The notes beneath the pieces were generated by a model, which saw only the letters and a list, made by a program, of their open reading frames with translations, was not told the DNA's origin and searched no databases. Positions 1 to 12,846 of a stretch of DNA of 64,000 bases are shown here, piece after piece (positions within the stretch are counted from its first letter, which is position 1; each line of letters opens with the position of its first letter). The DNA is from Podarcis erhardii. Its lineage: Eukaryota. The stretch lies in assembly GCA_964252035.1 (NCBI GenBank), contig OZ176200.1. The stretch is one strand, 5' to 3'. The translations under genes were made by a program, and so were the position numbers.

Positions 1-96
1 TGCTTAGATGGATGAGCCCTATCTGTTTGGACGCCCACACATTTCCATAGTGAAGTTAGGCTACTTCTCTTTTTGCACAAATCGGCTCCACCTCTT

Positions 97-847
97 TGTA
101 GGGATGCATTGCAGGCAAGCCATCAAGCCTCCCCCCTCAGTGTGGGGGGTGGAACTGTGTCCCGCCTTATGCTGGGGAGGCCCGGCAATGCCAGTTAGCC
201 AAGCGGCCAATCAGGTGGCTTGGGGGCGTGGCCAGGGCCGATTTAAACCACAGCGTGACGCTGGGTTGCCCCTTTTCAGCCTCACGCCATGGATCTCCCA
301 CCTTCCTGCCCTTTCTCAGGTTGCGCCTTTCGCCTTTCTATGAACTTCGGTTGGTCACTGTTGAGGGGCCTGGTAGAACTTTTGCCACTTGGCAAATTGG
401 CACTGGCCACTTGGTTTTTGCTGACTTCATAGCAATCAGCACAACTTTGTAAGGTTTGGTGGTTAGGCATTGGAATAGCAATGTGTGGGGGAAGGGAGGT
501 GCGGCCCTCACCTGCCCAAGGGTATTCCGTTAAAGGAATCCAGGGGTGTGGATCTCATCCAAAGCCCGGGGAGGGGCTAGGGCCATGCCACGACCCCAGC
601 GGGAAGCGAGGGGATGCTCAAGTCGATCCACATTGGCGGGGCTCTCCCTACTGGTGATTTACCCTTACCAGGCTCCCTGCAAGGTGGGCAGGAGTCAGAT
701 ATAGTCTGTTGATGCCAATGCCTAAGCCAATACTGCTCACATTCTGTAACCAATAAAGTTGAGGCCTAAATTTTGCCCGTTAACATTAACCTAAAATTCT
801 GTGTCCTTGTGTCTTTATTCTCATGGGGGTGGCTTGGGGCTTTGACA
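97..847 (+). mobile_element. Probable solo LTR (Gypsy-like) in a GALNT13 intron
   Basis: Begins TGTAGGG (97) and ends TTGACA (847). GC/CpG-rich against the AT-rich intron. Ordered CCAAT (207-211), GC box GGGGGCGTGGCC (222-233), TATA-like GATTTAAA (240-247) and AATAAA (752-757). Flanks TCTT and CGCA do not form a TSD, so the ends are uncertain. Confidence 0.55.
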
Positions 848-3084
848 CGCAATATTCAGGAAGCATGAAAAGCAGGTGTATGGGTCAGGTGCGCATCCAC
901 TGTTGCCTATTGATTGCACTGTCTGACACTATCCAAAGCGTCATTATTAATAGCATTTACAAGGCTAAATATTTGAATCTATATTTCTGTGTATCTGAAG
1001 AAGTGTGCATACACACGAAAGCTCATACCTAGAACTAACTCAGTTGGTCTTTAAGGTGCTACTGGAAGGAATTTTTTTATTTTGTTTTGACCATGGCAGA
1101 CAAACACGGCTACCTATCTGTATTTGAATCTAAAATCTGTAAATGTTTGTGTATACGATGACAATATTTTTTTCTTTCAAAGAGCAATATTGAAATTTAG
1201 ACAAAATCATCTGCACAGCTTAGCATAATGATTTCACTGAACCTGTGTTCACATGAGTAAGATGTGGACATTTTTGTGTGTGAGTCTCTCTCTGTGTGGG
1301 TTTTGCATTCCTCGCTGGGAGCAGATTTATTCTATTTGAAAATTCATCGAAAGATTTATATATTGTTGAGTCTTGGCTTTTTGTGGGAAAACAGTTCCAC
1401 CTGCTGGATGCTGTGTGTAAAAGTCAGCATTTCATCAAACATATTTAAGCTACCAGTTAATTTCTCTTTTAACTAGCACCGAGAAAAAACAACAACCCTA
1501 TTTAGTCTTAGCTTTGCCGCTGCTGCTGTTATTATTTAAACAAAAACAAAAAACCCTATACTTTCAGTTTGCTTTTTGGTCTCCCCTCAAAATTCGTCTG
1601 TGCCTTGTGATCATTTAACTCAGGCTTTCCAAGTAGTGACACTAGAAATCTGAAACGCTGTTCCTATTGAAACCAGAAAGGCAACTGTCGGCTGCTGAAA
1701 ACAGTTCTGCCCACCATTATTATTATTATTTTTTTTTGCAAAAAAAGCAAGTATTTCCCAAACTTTCCTCCCTGTGAACCACTTAGAAATTGCAGCAGGT
1801 CTCAACTGACCACATAATGATATTTCTGCCTGCTGTAGCAATTGTAATGTGCTGTGATAGACGCCATGTGGTTTTTTAAATTGTGCACTGCAGATGCACA
1901 AATAAATTATATATGCCCTTTTTCTGAAAATAAAGGGGAATAAGTTACATTAACTATTCCTTGCACTTTGATACCACTGAAAAGTACATTGCGAGATCGT
2001 TTTTATCAAATGCTGCTTTTTTTATATGACAGGCCTCCTCCTAATACATGGTTTAAACCAGTGCTCACAAGATAAGAAAAGGCCTGTGAAAAGCTGCCAT
2101 CTATTCTTTGATTATATATAGGGAACAGTTATAGCAGGCTTAATGAATGTGATGGCAATTACCTGGAGGCTGCCCAAATCACCCATTCATGGCCAGTATG
2201 CCACAAGGTCAACTCTAAAGGGCTCCTAGCCATACTCATGCTTCTACACTGTAGTGTGGCTAGCATCTAGCATCGGTGGTATGTAGCATGTTGCACAGGT
2301 CAAGAGCCCTTGAAATTGTACAGCTGTTGTTAAGGTGATAACAGACTTCATGCATCTGCAGCTATCTTTCAGTGATGCATGCTCCTTGCATCTTTGTTTA
2401 TTTACCTAACAGTATGAAACTAGCAACCACATGCATATATACTTTTCCAATTTGCATCACAATTTTTTCTCTCCCTTTAGCTCAGCTAGTCTACAATTGT
2501 ATCTGCCATACTTTCGTTTTTCATCAGGGTTCACAAACTGTCAGAAGACTGATCTGGTGAAACGTACATAAATGTAAAAAGAACTGATTCATTTATGCTA
2601 ACAACACCTGATGGTATAAAGGCTACAATAATTGCCTGTCTATACTGGTACCATCACTTCTGTAACACTTTTCCAGATAAGAAATTAAACAGTACTGGCA
2701 ACTGCAGTGCAAATGTGCATGTAGGCAAAGTTTTTTCTAAAGTCTTTTTTAAGATAGCAGGCTAGTTAGTAATCTCTTCTCCATTTCATGACACTTTAGT
2801 GTTGCAACAGATACAGGGAATTGTTTCCCCCACAACAAATGGGGAATTCAATCTATAATATAATATATTCATTCTATAAATAAAACATTTGTTTATGAAG
2901 CGCCTGCCTGAAAGTTATGCACGTACAATAACAAAAATAGGGAAACGGAGGTAGGTAAATTGGGAATATCATTAGTGTACTGTAAGCTTTTTAAAAAATG
3001 TAATTAACTACTCATTGTCATTGGGGATGGTTTAAATGAATATGAATATTAATTACTATTTTTCCTCTGATTTTTTTTTTACAG

Positions 3085-3224
3085 GCGTTGTCAAAGTGGA
3101 TTATGGAGACGTATCAGTCAGAAAAGCATTGAGAGAGAACTTAAAATGCAAACCGTTTTCATGGTACCTAGAAAATGTCTATCCAGACTCCCAGATTCCC
3201 CGACGATATTACTCCCTTGGAGAG
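3085..3224 (+). CDS. GALNT13: GALNT13 internal coding exon (end of catalytic domain and linker)
   Basis: T-rich tract with ACAG acceptor (AG 3083-84); 140 nt; donor GAG|GTATGA. Encodes (G)[46 protein letters not shown], which has GALNT13 rather than GALNT1 residues ([11 protein letters not shown]). Confidence 0.97.
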
Positions 3225-4944
3225 GTATGAATTATTTATTTTGCATAAGGATGGTTTTTGGTTGTTGTTGGTTTTTTTAAAAAAAAAGTTCATCTGAAAT
3301 GAGCCCAAGGCTTTTTAATTGTTCCCTGTGTAGCCCTTGACACTTTAAATGTTATACATTTAGGTAACTTTTAAGTAACATTTTCTGAAAATATGTTAAC
3401 ATTTTGTTTTTCATGTGATGACGGAGAAGGTTGAGCGTGTGAGCTCTAACTCCACTATCAATATTGCTCTTCACAAGTTGGAGGAGTAACTTCTGAAGCT
3501 GTGTGTAGGTGCTTTGTGTAATTTGGAGGCCTGGGAAATCAAGGATTTAATGTGTGAAAGGGGGCTCCACACATTGAAAATGTTCTTCAGTGTAGAATTT
3601 ATCCTTGGATGGTGTGGAGTCCACGGCAGAGCTAGTGTGCTTATCCTAACTCTCTCTCTCTCATTGCATGAGAGGATTAGAGCTAAATCTCCCAGTTCAT
3701 CCTAGAGTGTTTCATGCCTGAGGCCTCTCTACTGTCCTTCCTCCTGCCAAGCATAAAGTTTGAGAAAGGAGAACTTGAGGAGAAATTGCAGGTGACTTGA
3801 AGGATTGTATCCCCCCCCCCCAAAAAAATCTTCACTTTCTTGATTCTTCACAATACAAAAACCTAAACAAAGATGGTTGCCCAGTATCACGATTTGCATT
3901 GCATATGTGCCGTAACTAAAAAAAGAAAGAAAGGAGGGCTTTTATTTCTACTTTAGACAAATCAATTGCTTAGTCGCATCTCCAAAGATCTGTTTGCGTT
4001 GTGAGTCATGGGAAATCATTTCCATGTTCACTGACATGAGATCTCCTCCTGAATCTGGCTAAAACTTTTGAAATCTGCTTCCAAGTGTCCCGTCCCACCC
4101 CACCCCACCCCGGCACCAGAATTTAGAGATTTGGTGCAGTCCAAATTGTCAGATAATTTGCTATTGTAATATTTCCTTGTCTTTCATCTCGTTTAATTCT
4201 TAAATGCTGTACATTTTTTTGTTTGAAACATCTGGCAGTGATGTATTGAAAAAGTGGAGTAGGAGGGGTTAAATTTGCTTTACAAATGACATTCATCTCC
4301 ACTTTTAGAATTATAAATTACAATGCCAGATCAGGTTTCACTCCAAGGCTTGTCAGTCGAAACCAGGTTTAGAGAAAGAAACCTAATAATAATTCTAGGA
4401 CATTTTTTAAACGGCACACTTAATAGGCGTGAAATAATGAGAGTTTTGCCACGTAACTGACAGTTCAGGGAAACTAAGGTAAGTGAAGTTACGAAACAAT
4501 CATTAAAAACACATTATTTTCACCAATAAGTGCTAGGTTTCTATGGAAACAAGAGGAGAATTTCAAGCAGCAGCTGTGAAATAAATATTGCTTGTCAGTT
4601 TCAGCTTCTAGCTGTCCACTGAGCTTATGAGGACACCCCACCCCCTAGATTCCTGCAGATAGAGCTATGAGGTTTGTTGCAGGGATGGGAAACCAGGCGT
4701 TTTTGGATTCCAGCCAGCTCTAGCAACAGCAGGAGATTCCAGCAACACTTGGAGGTCCACAGGTTTCCCAACCCAGCTGTACAGGGAATAGCAATAGTAA
4801 CTGTTAGCACAAAACTTTCATCGACACAAGCAAGTCTTGTACATTCTTCAACAGCAGGATTTTTTTAAAAAAAAGAAAGTGGAGAGAAACAAGTTTGAGG
4901 AAAAAGCCAAGTCTAAACTTAAAATACAGCAGCAATAGAGGATA

Positions 4945-5186
4945 CAATGGTACTTCGGATTACAAACGCTTTGGGTTACAAACGCTTCAGGTTATAGACT
5001 CCGCTAACCCGGAAGTAGTACCTCGGGTTAAGAACTTTACCTCAGGATGAGAACAGAAATTGTGTGGTGGTGGTGCAGCAGCAGCAGGAGGCCCCATTAG
5101 CTAAAGTGGTACCTCAGGTTAAGAACAGTTTCAGGTTAAGAACAGACCTCTGGAACAAATTAAGTTCGTAACCAGAAGTGCCACTG
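4945..5186. mobile_element. Tc1/mariner (Tigger-like) MITE
   Basis: TA-flanked; degenerate CAGTGGTAC... TIRs; same family as 15638-15882. Confidence 0.85.
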
Positions 5187-5237
5187 TATAACAGTTATGC
5201 AGAAATATGCCGTATGCTAAGCATGTCTGGTTTTTTA

Positions 5238-5596
5238 GGTACACTGGTGGTGCTGTGGGTTAAACCACTGAGCCACTTGGGTTTGCCGATCAGGAGGTCG
5301 GCGGTTCGAATCCCTGCAACAGGGTGAGCTCCCGTTGCTCAGTCCCTGCTCCTGCCAACCTAGCAGTTCGAAAGCACATCAAAGTGCAAGTAGATAAATA
5401 GGTACCGCTCTGGTGGGGAGGTAAATGTCATTTCCGTGCGCTGCTCTGGTTCGCCAGAAGCGGCTTAGTCATGTTGGCCACATGACCCGGAAGCTGTACG
5501 CCGGCTTCCTCAGCCAATAAAGCGAGATGAGCGCCGCAACCCCAGAGTCAGTCACGACTGGACCTAATGGTCAGGGGTCCCTTTACCTTTACCTTT
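5238..5596 (+). mobile_element. Sauria SINE, full length
   Basis: tRNA-like head with GGTTCGAATCC B box, GTAGATAAATAGGTACC core and (ACCTTT)n tail. Flanking direct repeat TAAGCATGTCTG on both sides. Confidence 0.93.
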
Positions 5597-6292
5597 AAGC
5601 ATGTCTGTTTAGAAGTTAGCCTAAGCAAGTGTGTTTAGGGTTGCAGCCTTCATTGATTTAGTCTGTTTGTCATGCAAAACAAACAAACAAACAAACTCAC
5701 TGCACCAAAGGCCTCCAGGAACAGAGAAGCACGTCTGCTCACCCGCTGGGGATTATATTCCCATGGCTTCCTTGCAAGGCAGAGAACAGGAGTGAAGAAA
5801 ATCATGACATTTCTTATTTCGCAAAGCTTAAAATTAGTGGGCACACAATGTATAATGTCTGTTATTACAAACTAGAGACTTCAGTTGTTCACATCAGCAT
5901 TTATTTATTTTTCCCTTTCCTTTTTATTTGCTTACTTTTCTTTACTTGCTACTTATGAAAAAAAAAAAGAAATTTTAAGCTTTATTACGACTTTCTGTCA
6001 TAATGAGGACTGAGCATCCTTGGTAGGCAGGGAATGCTGATTGGTTGTTTGAGATAGAAGTAAAACCATGGGAGAAGGAATGGGATGAGCAGCAGGTTTG
6101 TTTGTTGTTGCTTTTTTTGTTCTTTTGCCTAGCTTATGTATCTGTGTGTTTGTTTATCAAAAGCTACTGAGGGGGTCTAGCAGAACAGTAAGTGATTCAC
6201 TTCCCCTGATGTAAATCACCCACCAAATTGAGCAAGGCTATTTCCACCTAAAATCAGATTTAAATAGATCTAGATCAGGGGTAGATCTAGAT

Positions 6293-6428
6293 CAGGGGTA
6301 GCCAATGCGTTGCCTTCTAGATCTTGTTGGACTCCAGCTCCATTAATCCCCAAGAAGCCTAGTTAATTGTCAAACCATGGGAGTTGTAGTCTAAAAACTT
6401 ATGGGGGAAACCACATTGGCTACCTCTG
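6293..6428. mobile_element. hAT-type MITE
   Basis: TIRs CAGGGGTAGCCAATG / CATTGGCTACCTCTG; 8-bp TSD ATCTAGAT / ACCTAGAT. Confidence 0.85.
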
Positions 6429-6444
6429 ACCTAGATAATTCCTG

Positions 6445-7480
6445 TCATCCAGGGAAAAAACCTGAAACTACCCTGACTTTGAGCACCTTGAGGAATATTA
6501 GAGACTGGCTAGATTCCCCCCCCCCCCAACACAATGAGACTAAGGGAACTTTCACTACTACCTCTTTCAGACTTGCTAGGGCTACAACTACCTGCAAGAA
6601 GGCATCTACCAGTCCCACTGCTCACTCGGCCAGTCTTTCCCTGGCACCTCTTATTAGCAAGGAAGTGCAAGGTCTTAGTCTCAACTTTCCAAGAAATATG
6701 TCCACGTTCTTAGGCTCCACAAGTTGAAACATTTCCAATATAGCTGCATAAGCAGCTGCCAAAGGTACATCTGCTAACACTGCTCAAATTACAGCATCCA
6801 AGTTGGAATGGATACAGTCAACTTTATCCACAAATTATCTAGCAAATTAGTCTTGGCAGGCCACTGGGTAGTCCTCCTCTCCATTCTGAAGGCCAAGATG
6901 TTTAAGCCCTCTGACTACTCTGAACTGCTCAGCTGACTGACTTTTGAGCAGTTGTAATGGAAAGTAACATTTCTATATCATCATTTGGAGTAGGCTCTAA
7001 ACTGAGTTATAGGTTGTGTCCCATTGGATTAATTGCAAGTCTTCTCCCACCAATGGTCTTAATTGTGAACCATGCTGTTTCACTGCTGTCAGTTTCTCAA
7101 ACAACTAAGGAGCTAAATTCACTCCACGATCAGGTAAAAGGATGTTCACAGGAGCAATCTTGAAAACTGCCTGGACCATTTCCCCATTTCTGAGGTCATA
7201 TGGGGCTCAGCAGGATTACTAGCCTGAGTGACAGGGAAATCTCAATAGTCATGGGCAATGTTTTGGCTCTATTAGTCTTCTGAGATGGACTGTCTTCATG
7301 GTATTCTCACTCCACAAAAGTCTAGGGTACTGGGAAGCCTAAAGCTGACCAGGTAAGCAAGCCTTAGGAAAAGACCCCACTGGAAACAGCTGTTTTAGGT
7401 AGATGATGGTGGGCTCTTTCTCCAGGCTGCTAATCTCTCCCCAAATATTTTGTCATAAAATAGTGAACAAGTGTTCAGGT
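6445..7480 (-). mobile_element. Old L2 LINE ORF2 relic (pre-RT region)
   Basis: Minus-strand translation of 6780-6541 gives ...MFQLVEPKNVDIFLGKLRLRPCTSLLIRGARERLAE*AVGLVDAFLQVVVALASLKEVVVK, matching the L2 pattern FQL.....VD..LG....DPCPSWLI.......L.E.....SLKEAVV. Contains stop codons. Confidence 0.7.
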
Positions 7481-9536
7481 TCTCTAGGTCTCTTCATCAT
7501 GCTTTATATGAAGCAAAGTCAGAGGCAGGGAGTGAGAAGTAAAAAAATAGCTGTCTTGATGCTGAAGCCACAAAATCTATGTTTAAGACAGACTTAAGAT
7601 TGATAATTATTAGAGTATTACTTTGTTTATCTAATGTATTTTTTTCTCTCCACCATAAAATATTTGCTAAGCAAAACCTAATATAAGATTAGTCTCATTC
7701 TCTCTCCTGGCAGTTTCCTTCTGATAAAAGCTGCTTGAAATGCTAACTATAGCTAACAGGCATAACAATAAAGACTAATATAGCACAGTCTTAGGCCACC
7801 CTCTGTCAAATGCTGCTTCATCAACACATTTTTTGCTATTTTGGGGGATGCTGGTCCAGCGATCTTAGATTATAAAAACAAAATTATCCTATAAGTAGAA
7901 TGCAACTTGGCATAAATTAGGGCAGTAATATTGTGCGTCTTTATCATAGTCGTTTTCCTGTCCAACAAATCGTAAGCTGGCTTTGCTTTTTCATATCCGC
8001 TTCCAATTTCCCTTTATCAAATTATAAAAAATATTCTTTTTATCTCCACCTATTTTACTCTGGAACTAAAAATCTGGCTGTATTTAGTGTCTAATTATTT
8101 TTCCTCTGGAATCCAATAATTCAGATGTCCCCTGGTTTACTTCATAATCATACCAAATGATTCCAGCTAAGAAAAAGAAATAATCAACTCCTGACAGGAT
8201 TTAAGTGAATAGGAATGGATTAGAAAAAAGTGAGGGCTTACATTGTCTAGATAAAATCAGTTTTAAATTCTGTCATTCAATCCTTCTGAATTCCAATTAG
8301 ATTTCCCCCCTATTATTGTTGAAGGTTCAATAGCTTTGCAAATAATAAGGGGAAAGGGGGTCATTACTTTCGGTATCCTCTGTAGAATCAACATGGAAAT
8401 ACTGCTGGAGGAGCCTTTTGGACCATGTATGTGTGGTGGCACAGCTTCTAAAGAAACAGCCAGAAGAGAAAGCAGCTAATAGGAGCCTTGCATGTGTATC
8501 TCTTTATTCTTCCACATCCTGGTGCACTCTCTTCAAAAGATCCTATGTCACACCTCCAAACACTCCATGGATAATACAAGACAAAGTCTAGCTAGTTATG
8601 TCTTTTGAACCCAGCTTGTGGTTTATTTATCTCCAAAAAAGCAAACACGGAGTGGTTACAATGGTTTGTTTTTGACTTTCTGCTCCTGCTTTGTTTGAGG
8701 AAAATAAACCATGAGCCCAGGTTCCAAGCATGGCAAGGGAGGAGCTCCTTAGCAGTGTGCACCTACCCTTTTTCTTGTTCCCATTAAGCCATAGTTTGAG
8801 TATACCACTGTCTGATATATGAACTGGGCTACTGGCATCTCCTGAGGATCTCAGAATTGGGAGGTGGCAATCATTATGTACATCAACTGGGTGAAAAGAG
8901 ATTTCCATGTGGCAACGTTCCTTAATGTTTAATAGATTCATTAATTAGATTCAAAACTAATTAATCAATTCATAACATTTTAATTAACTTAAAAGGTGTT
9001 CCTGATTGATTGATTAATTAATTAAGAGTGCTTTCATCTCACTCTTCATTATATGATTGCAGGGCAGGATGCAGTGGAATTAAAACACATTTAAAAAAGC
9101 ATACCAAAAGAGCAGATAAAACACAGCAAATTATTAAAAACTGCCAATTTCTACCGATATAGAACCCATAGCCTCTTTATTTGCAGTAGCACCCAACACT
9201 AATATTTAGCAAAGGCCTAGGCAAACAGAAATAACATAGGCTGTGGCACCAGTTGTGCTTTCCTAGGAAGGACATTCTGTCACTGGGGGGCCACTGTGCA
9301 GAAAACACAGTCCTGGGTCACACATCATTGGATCACTGACTTTTAATGCTGAAAAACATTTTTTTTAAAGTACTTACAAATACTGTAGCTAGATGGCAAC
9401 ATCTTCAGAGCATTCTCTCATCTTCAGAGAGGAGAGGGGATGCCTTTTCTAAGACAGTATCTGTTATAATAAACTCATGCCTTATCTAAAAACAAGGTGT
9501 CATTTTTTCTTTCTTTCATAATATTCTCCCCACTTG

Positions 9537-9907
9537 AGGGAACGCGGGTGGTGCTGTGGTCTAAACCACTGAGCCACTTGGGCTTGCCAATCGGAAGGTC
9601 AGTGGTTCGAATCCCCGTTGCTCTGTCCCAGCTCCTGCCAACCTAGCAGTTTGAAAGCACACCAGTGTAAGTAGATAAATAGGTACTGCTGCAGCGGGAA
9701 GGTAAATGGTGTTTCTGTGCACTCTGGTTTCCATCACAGTGTTCTGTTGCACCAGAAGCGGTTTAGTCACGCTGGCCACATGACCCAGAAAGCTGTCTGT
9801 GGACAAACACCAGCTCCCTCAGCCTAAAAACTAGATGAGTGCCGCACCTCATAGTCACCTTTGACTGGACTTAACCACCCAGAGTCCTTTACCTTTTACC
9901 TTTTTTA
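9537..9907 (+). mobile_element. Sauria SINE with a short internal deletion
   Basis: Same consensus as 5238; 9-bp TSD CCCCACTTG (9528-9536 / 9908-9916). Confidence 0.92.
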
Positions 9908-10247
9908 CCCCACTTGGAAATTTATGCAGCTACAATTTAATGAATTTAACAAATTAGTTGTTTAATCGACTAACATCCACACTGTTAATTGTCTAGGACT
10001 ATGGTCCTAATCTATAAGGAGTTTACTTACTAAAGAATAAATCACATTGAGCTCAGAGGTACTTACCTTCAAGTAAATATTTTTTAGTATTGTGCTGTCA
10101 GGTTTCTATAATCTGATGCTGTTCCTAATCTTAAATAATTTTCTTCTTTTTTTCAGTGACCTGTGGATTATTATTTATTTAATTATTTTAAGCAATCTTT
10201 CAACAATTTTTACCCTTCGGTTTTCTTGTTTGTGTTATTACCCCTAG

Positions 10248-10346
10248 ATCAGAAATGTTGAGACGAACCAGTGCTTAGATAACATGGGACGCAAGGAAAA
10301 TGAAAAAGTTGGCATATTCAACTGCCATGGTATGGGAGGAAACCAG
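10248..10346 (+). CDS. GALNT13: GALNT13 exon, lectin alpha repeat
   Basis: CCCCTAG| acceptor; 99 nt, phase 0/0; CAG|GTAAAA donor. Encodes [33 protein letters not shown]. Too short to appear in the ORF track. Confidence 0.97.
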
Positions 10347-10529
10347 GTAAAAATGAAGCTCACTTTATCGTCAAAACAATTTTGGGAAAGAAATTTTTTT
10401 TTAAGACTGAGTACATTGTAACAATTGTGAAATCAAGCCAGTGTTTATTACACACATTACTCTTTCCACACTTTCCAGTCTGGATGGCTTTAAAAGGGGT
10501 GGTTAGACCAGTTAAAGATAGGCACGACA

Positions 10530-10582
<53 letters not shown>

Positions 10583-10890
10583 TTTATACCCTGCCCATCT
10601 GGCTGGGTTCCCCAGCCACTCTGGGCGGCTTCCAACAGAATATTAAAATGCAATAATCTATTAAACATTAAAAGCTTCCCTAAACAGGGCTGCCTTCAGA
10701 TGTCTTCTAAAAGTCTGCTAGTTGTTTTTCCCTTTGACATCTGGTGGGAGGGTGTTCCACAGGTTGGGTGCCACTACCGAGAAGGCCCTCTGCCTGGTTC
10801 CCTGTAACTTGGCTTCTCACAGCAAGGGAACTGCCAGAAGGCCCTCAGCACTGGACCTCAGTGTCCGGGCAGAACGATGGGGGTGGAGAC
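10530..10890 (-). mobile_element. 5'-truncated L2 LINE 3' end with (TAA)n tail
   Basis: (TTA)n followed by CCCTGCCCATCTGGCTGGG...CAGGGCTGCCTTCAGATGTCTTCT...AAGGCCCTCTGCCTGGTTCCC; the antisense strand encodes the L2 C-terminal GTRQRAFSV-type motif. Confidence 0.88.
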
Positions 10891-11144
10891 CATCAATGGT
10901 TGCTAGCTGTGCTGGTATGTACTGCCTCCAGTATCAGAGGTCGTATGCCCATCCTCTTCTGCTTCACTCCACCTGCCAAAGGCAGGGGAAGGTGTACAGC
11001 CACAGCCTCCTGTTCAGTTAGGCAACACCTCTGAGCATGCCCAGCCCAGTGAGCTGCAGAAAAACTCATAGGCAGTGATTCTGCTTAAAGGCTTTATTGA
11101 GGCACCAAGAACAACACACATGGGCAAAGCAACTGCATGCATGC

Positions 11145-11147
<3 letters not shown>

Positions 11148-11192
<45 letters not shown>
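11148..11192. repeat. (AT)n microsatellite
   Basis: Pure TA dinucleotide run. Confidence 0.97.
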
Positions 11193-11194
<2 letters not shown>

Positions 11195-11321
11195 GAAGGC
11201 TTGGGCCACTCCCACTCTCAACATGATTGGCTGTCTATACCCCCAAGTGCAAATCGTAGCCCAGTGCTTAAGAGCCAATGCTGGTAGCCCAAAACCTGAC
11301 CATGTTACGTGATTGAATATA

Positions 11322-11490
11322 CCGTATTTTTTGCACCATAACACTCACTTTTTTCCTCCTAGAAAGTAAGGGGAAATGTCTGTGTGTGTTATGGAGGGAA
11401 TGCCTACGGGTGGCATGCCTACGGATTTTCCTCCTCTAAAAACTACGTGCGTGTTATGGTCGGGTGCGTGTTATAGAGCGAAAAATACGG
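11322..11490. mobile_element. Tc1/mariner (Tc2/pogo-like) MITE
   Basis: TIRs CCGTATTTTTTGCACCATAAC / GTTATAGAGCGAAAAATACGG; TA context; related to 53199-53459 in the opposite orientation. Confidence 0.8.
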
Positions 11491-12846
11491 GTAATCAAAT
11501 CAGAACACGGACTCGAAATCCAAGTCCAAACTCAAGCTCAGGTGAACACAGACCACTGCAGACGTAACACCTCATTTTGCCATTTGTTGTTTCCTTGACT
11601 GGGTAGGCTCCCAAAGATGAGAGAGGGCATGGGAGTCAGTGGGAGAGGGGCAGCAGTGCAGACTTTTGCCCTATAGAGCAAAATTTGTAAATCCAGCACA
11701 GTTTAAAGGTATAAAGGTCCTCTTATTGCTGGACCTTATAACTTGCTTAGAAATCCAAAAAAGATGAGGCTGGAATTGTAACATTCAGCACAGTGTTTGC
11801 CATTCTAAAATCAGTTGCTAGTTGCCAATGTAATGCTGCACATGTGTATTTTGGGTTTAACCATATGTAAAAATGCCTTGCAAAAAGCTCTAGGGCATTG
11901 TATCTAAATATTAGAACATGTGGAAGTAAAACATGCTTGAATCTGCTTTTAATAATCTTTTCCCCTTTTAAAGCACCCTAATTGGTAACTTAGTATGATT
12001 TGCATGCATTCCCTAATTGGTAATGCAATCAAGTTCAATTTGCATGCTTTGCCAAAGGCTTTCAACAATTAATTGGCGAAAGGTTGCTTTCAACAATTAA
12101 GAGAAACTACTTTTCCTGTAGATTTCATTAGAATACTTTAAATCAATTGGGAGGTGAATTCTAAGTAATTGGGAGTCTTGTAAATAATTAAAATAGCTGC
12201 CACATAGGTTGCTTTAATTTGTCTTCATTGTTTTTCTGACCTGGGACTACCTTAATCCCATCTGGCAGTGTGGAATTCATAACTTTTCCTCCCTTGTACG
12301 TGTATTTTTCCCCCTTCTCTCTTATCTTCCCCTCACCCTGTTTCTCTCTAAAGAACAAAGAACAGAAGGCTGTGGTGATATTGCTACCAGGATTCAGTGT
12401 AGTGCTAAGCCTAATGTTCCATCAATTCAACAGATTATTATTATTATTATCATCATCATTATTATTATAATACTTCCACATTATAATGTGTGTTTTTTAT
12501 TTTAAAAAGGGGCATGAAGCAGTCACAGTTTCAGCAGTTAAAAAACCCATGTTTCCTGAAACCAGTGACACTTCAAAAGCAGAGCAGGCTAACCTTTGGC
12601 ACTCCAGATATTGCTGAACTACAACTCCCATAATCCCTAATCAGTGGCCATACTCACGGGGGCTCAGGAGGGTGCAGAACAGAATGCAGAAGTAGCTTCA
12701 GAAACAGCATTAAGAAGATGAAAATGGGACTCTGTAATTGCACAGGGTGAAAAGGAGAAAGTGTTATTGTGGGGTGAGAGTGGGGTGGAAAGTCCCCTAG
12801 TAATACATACTTTAAAAAAAATAATGCCAATAACTATCTCTTCCAG

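Noticed and set aside
8-470. Overlapping 62-111 aa ORFs at the window start
   Set aside because: They fall in the GC-rich LTR-like sequence, with no gag/pol motifs or known domains.
2499-2527. Hammerhead-ribozyme-like core on the minus strand: CTGATGA-AAAAC-GAAA-GTAT ggcag ATAC
   Set aside because: Only 5 nt lie between CUGAUGA and GAAA (no stem II or G-C closing pair), and the conserved U before the cleavage site is A.
5238-5330. A/B boxes as tRNA genes (also at 9537, 35244, 45062, 45720, 54570)
   Set aside because: They are the tRNA-derived heads of SINEs, followed by SINE bodies and tails; no complete cloverleaf.
10382-11344. ORFs with poly-Y or (YI)n tracts (likewise poly-N, poly-L, poly-F and (CV)n ORFs elsewhere)
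   Set aside because: Open frames created by microsatellites and L2 remnants.
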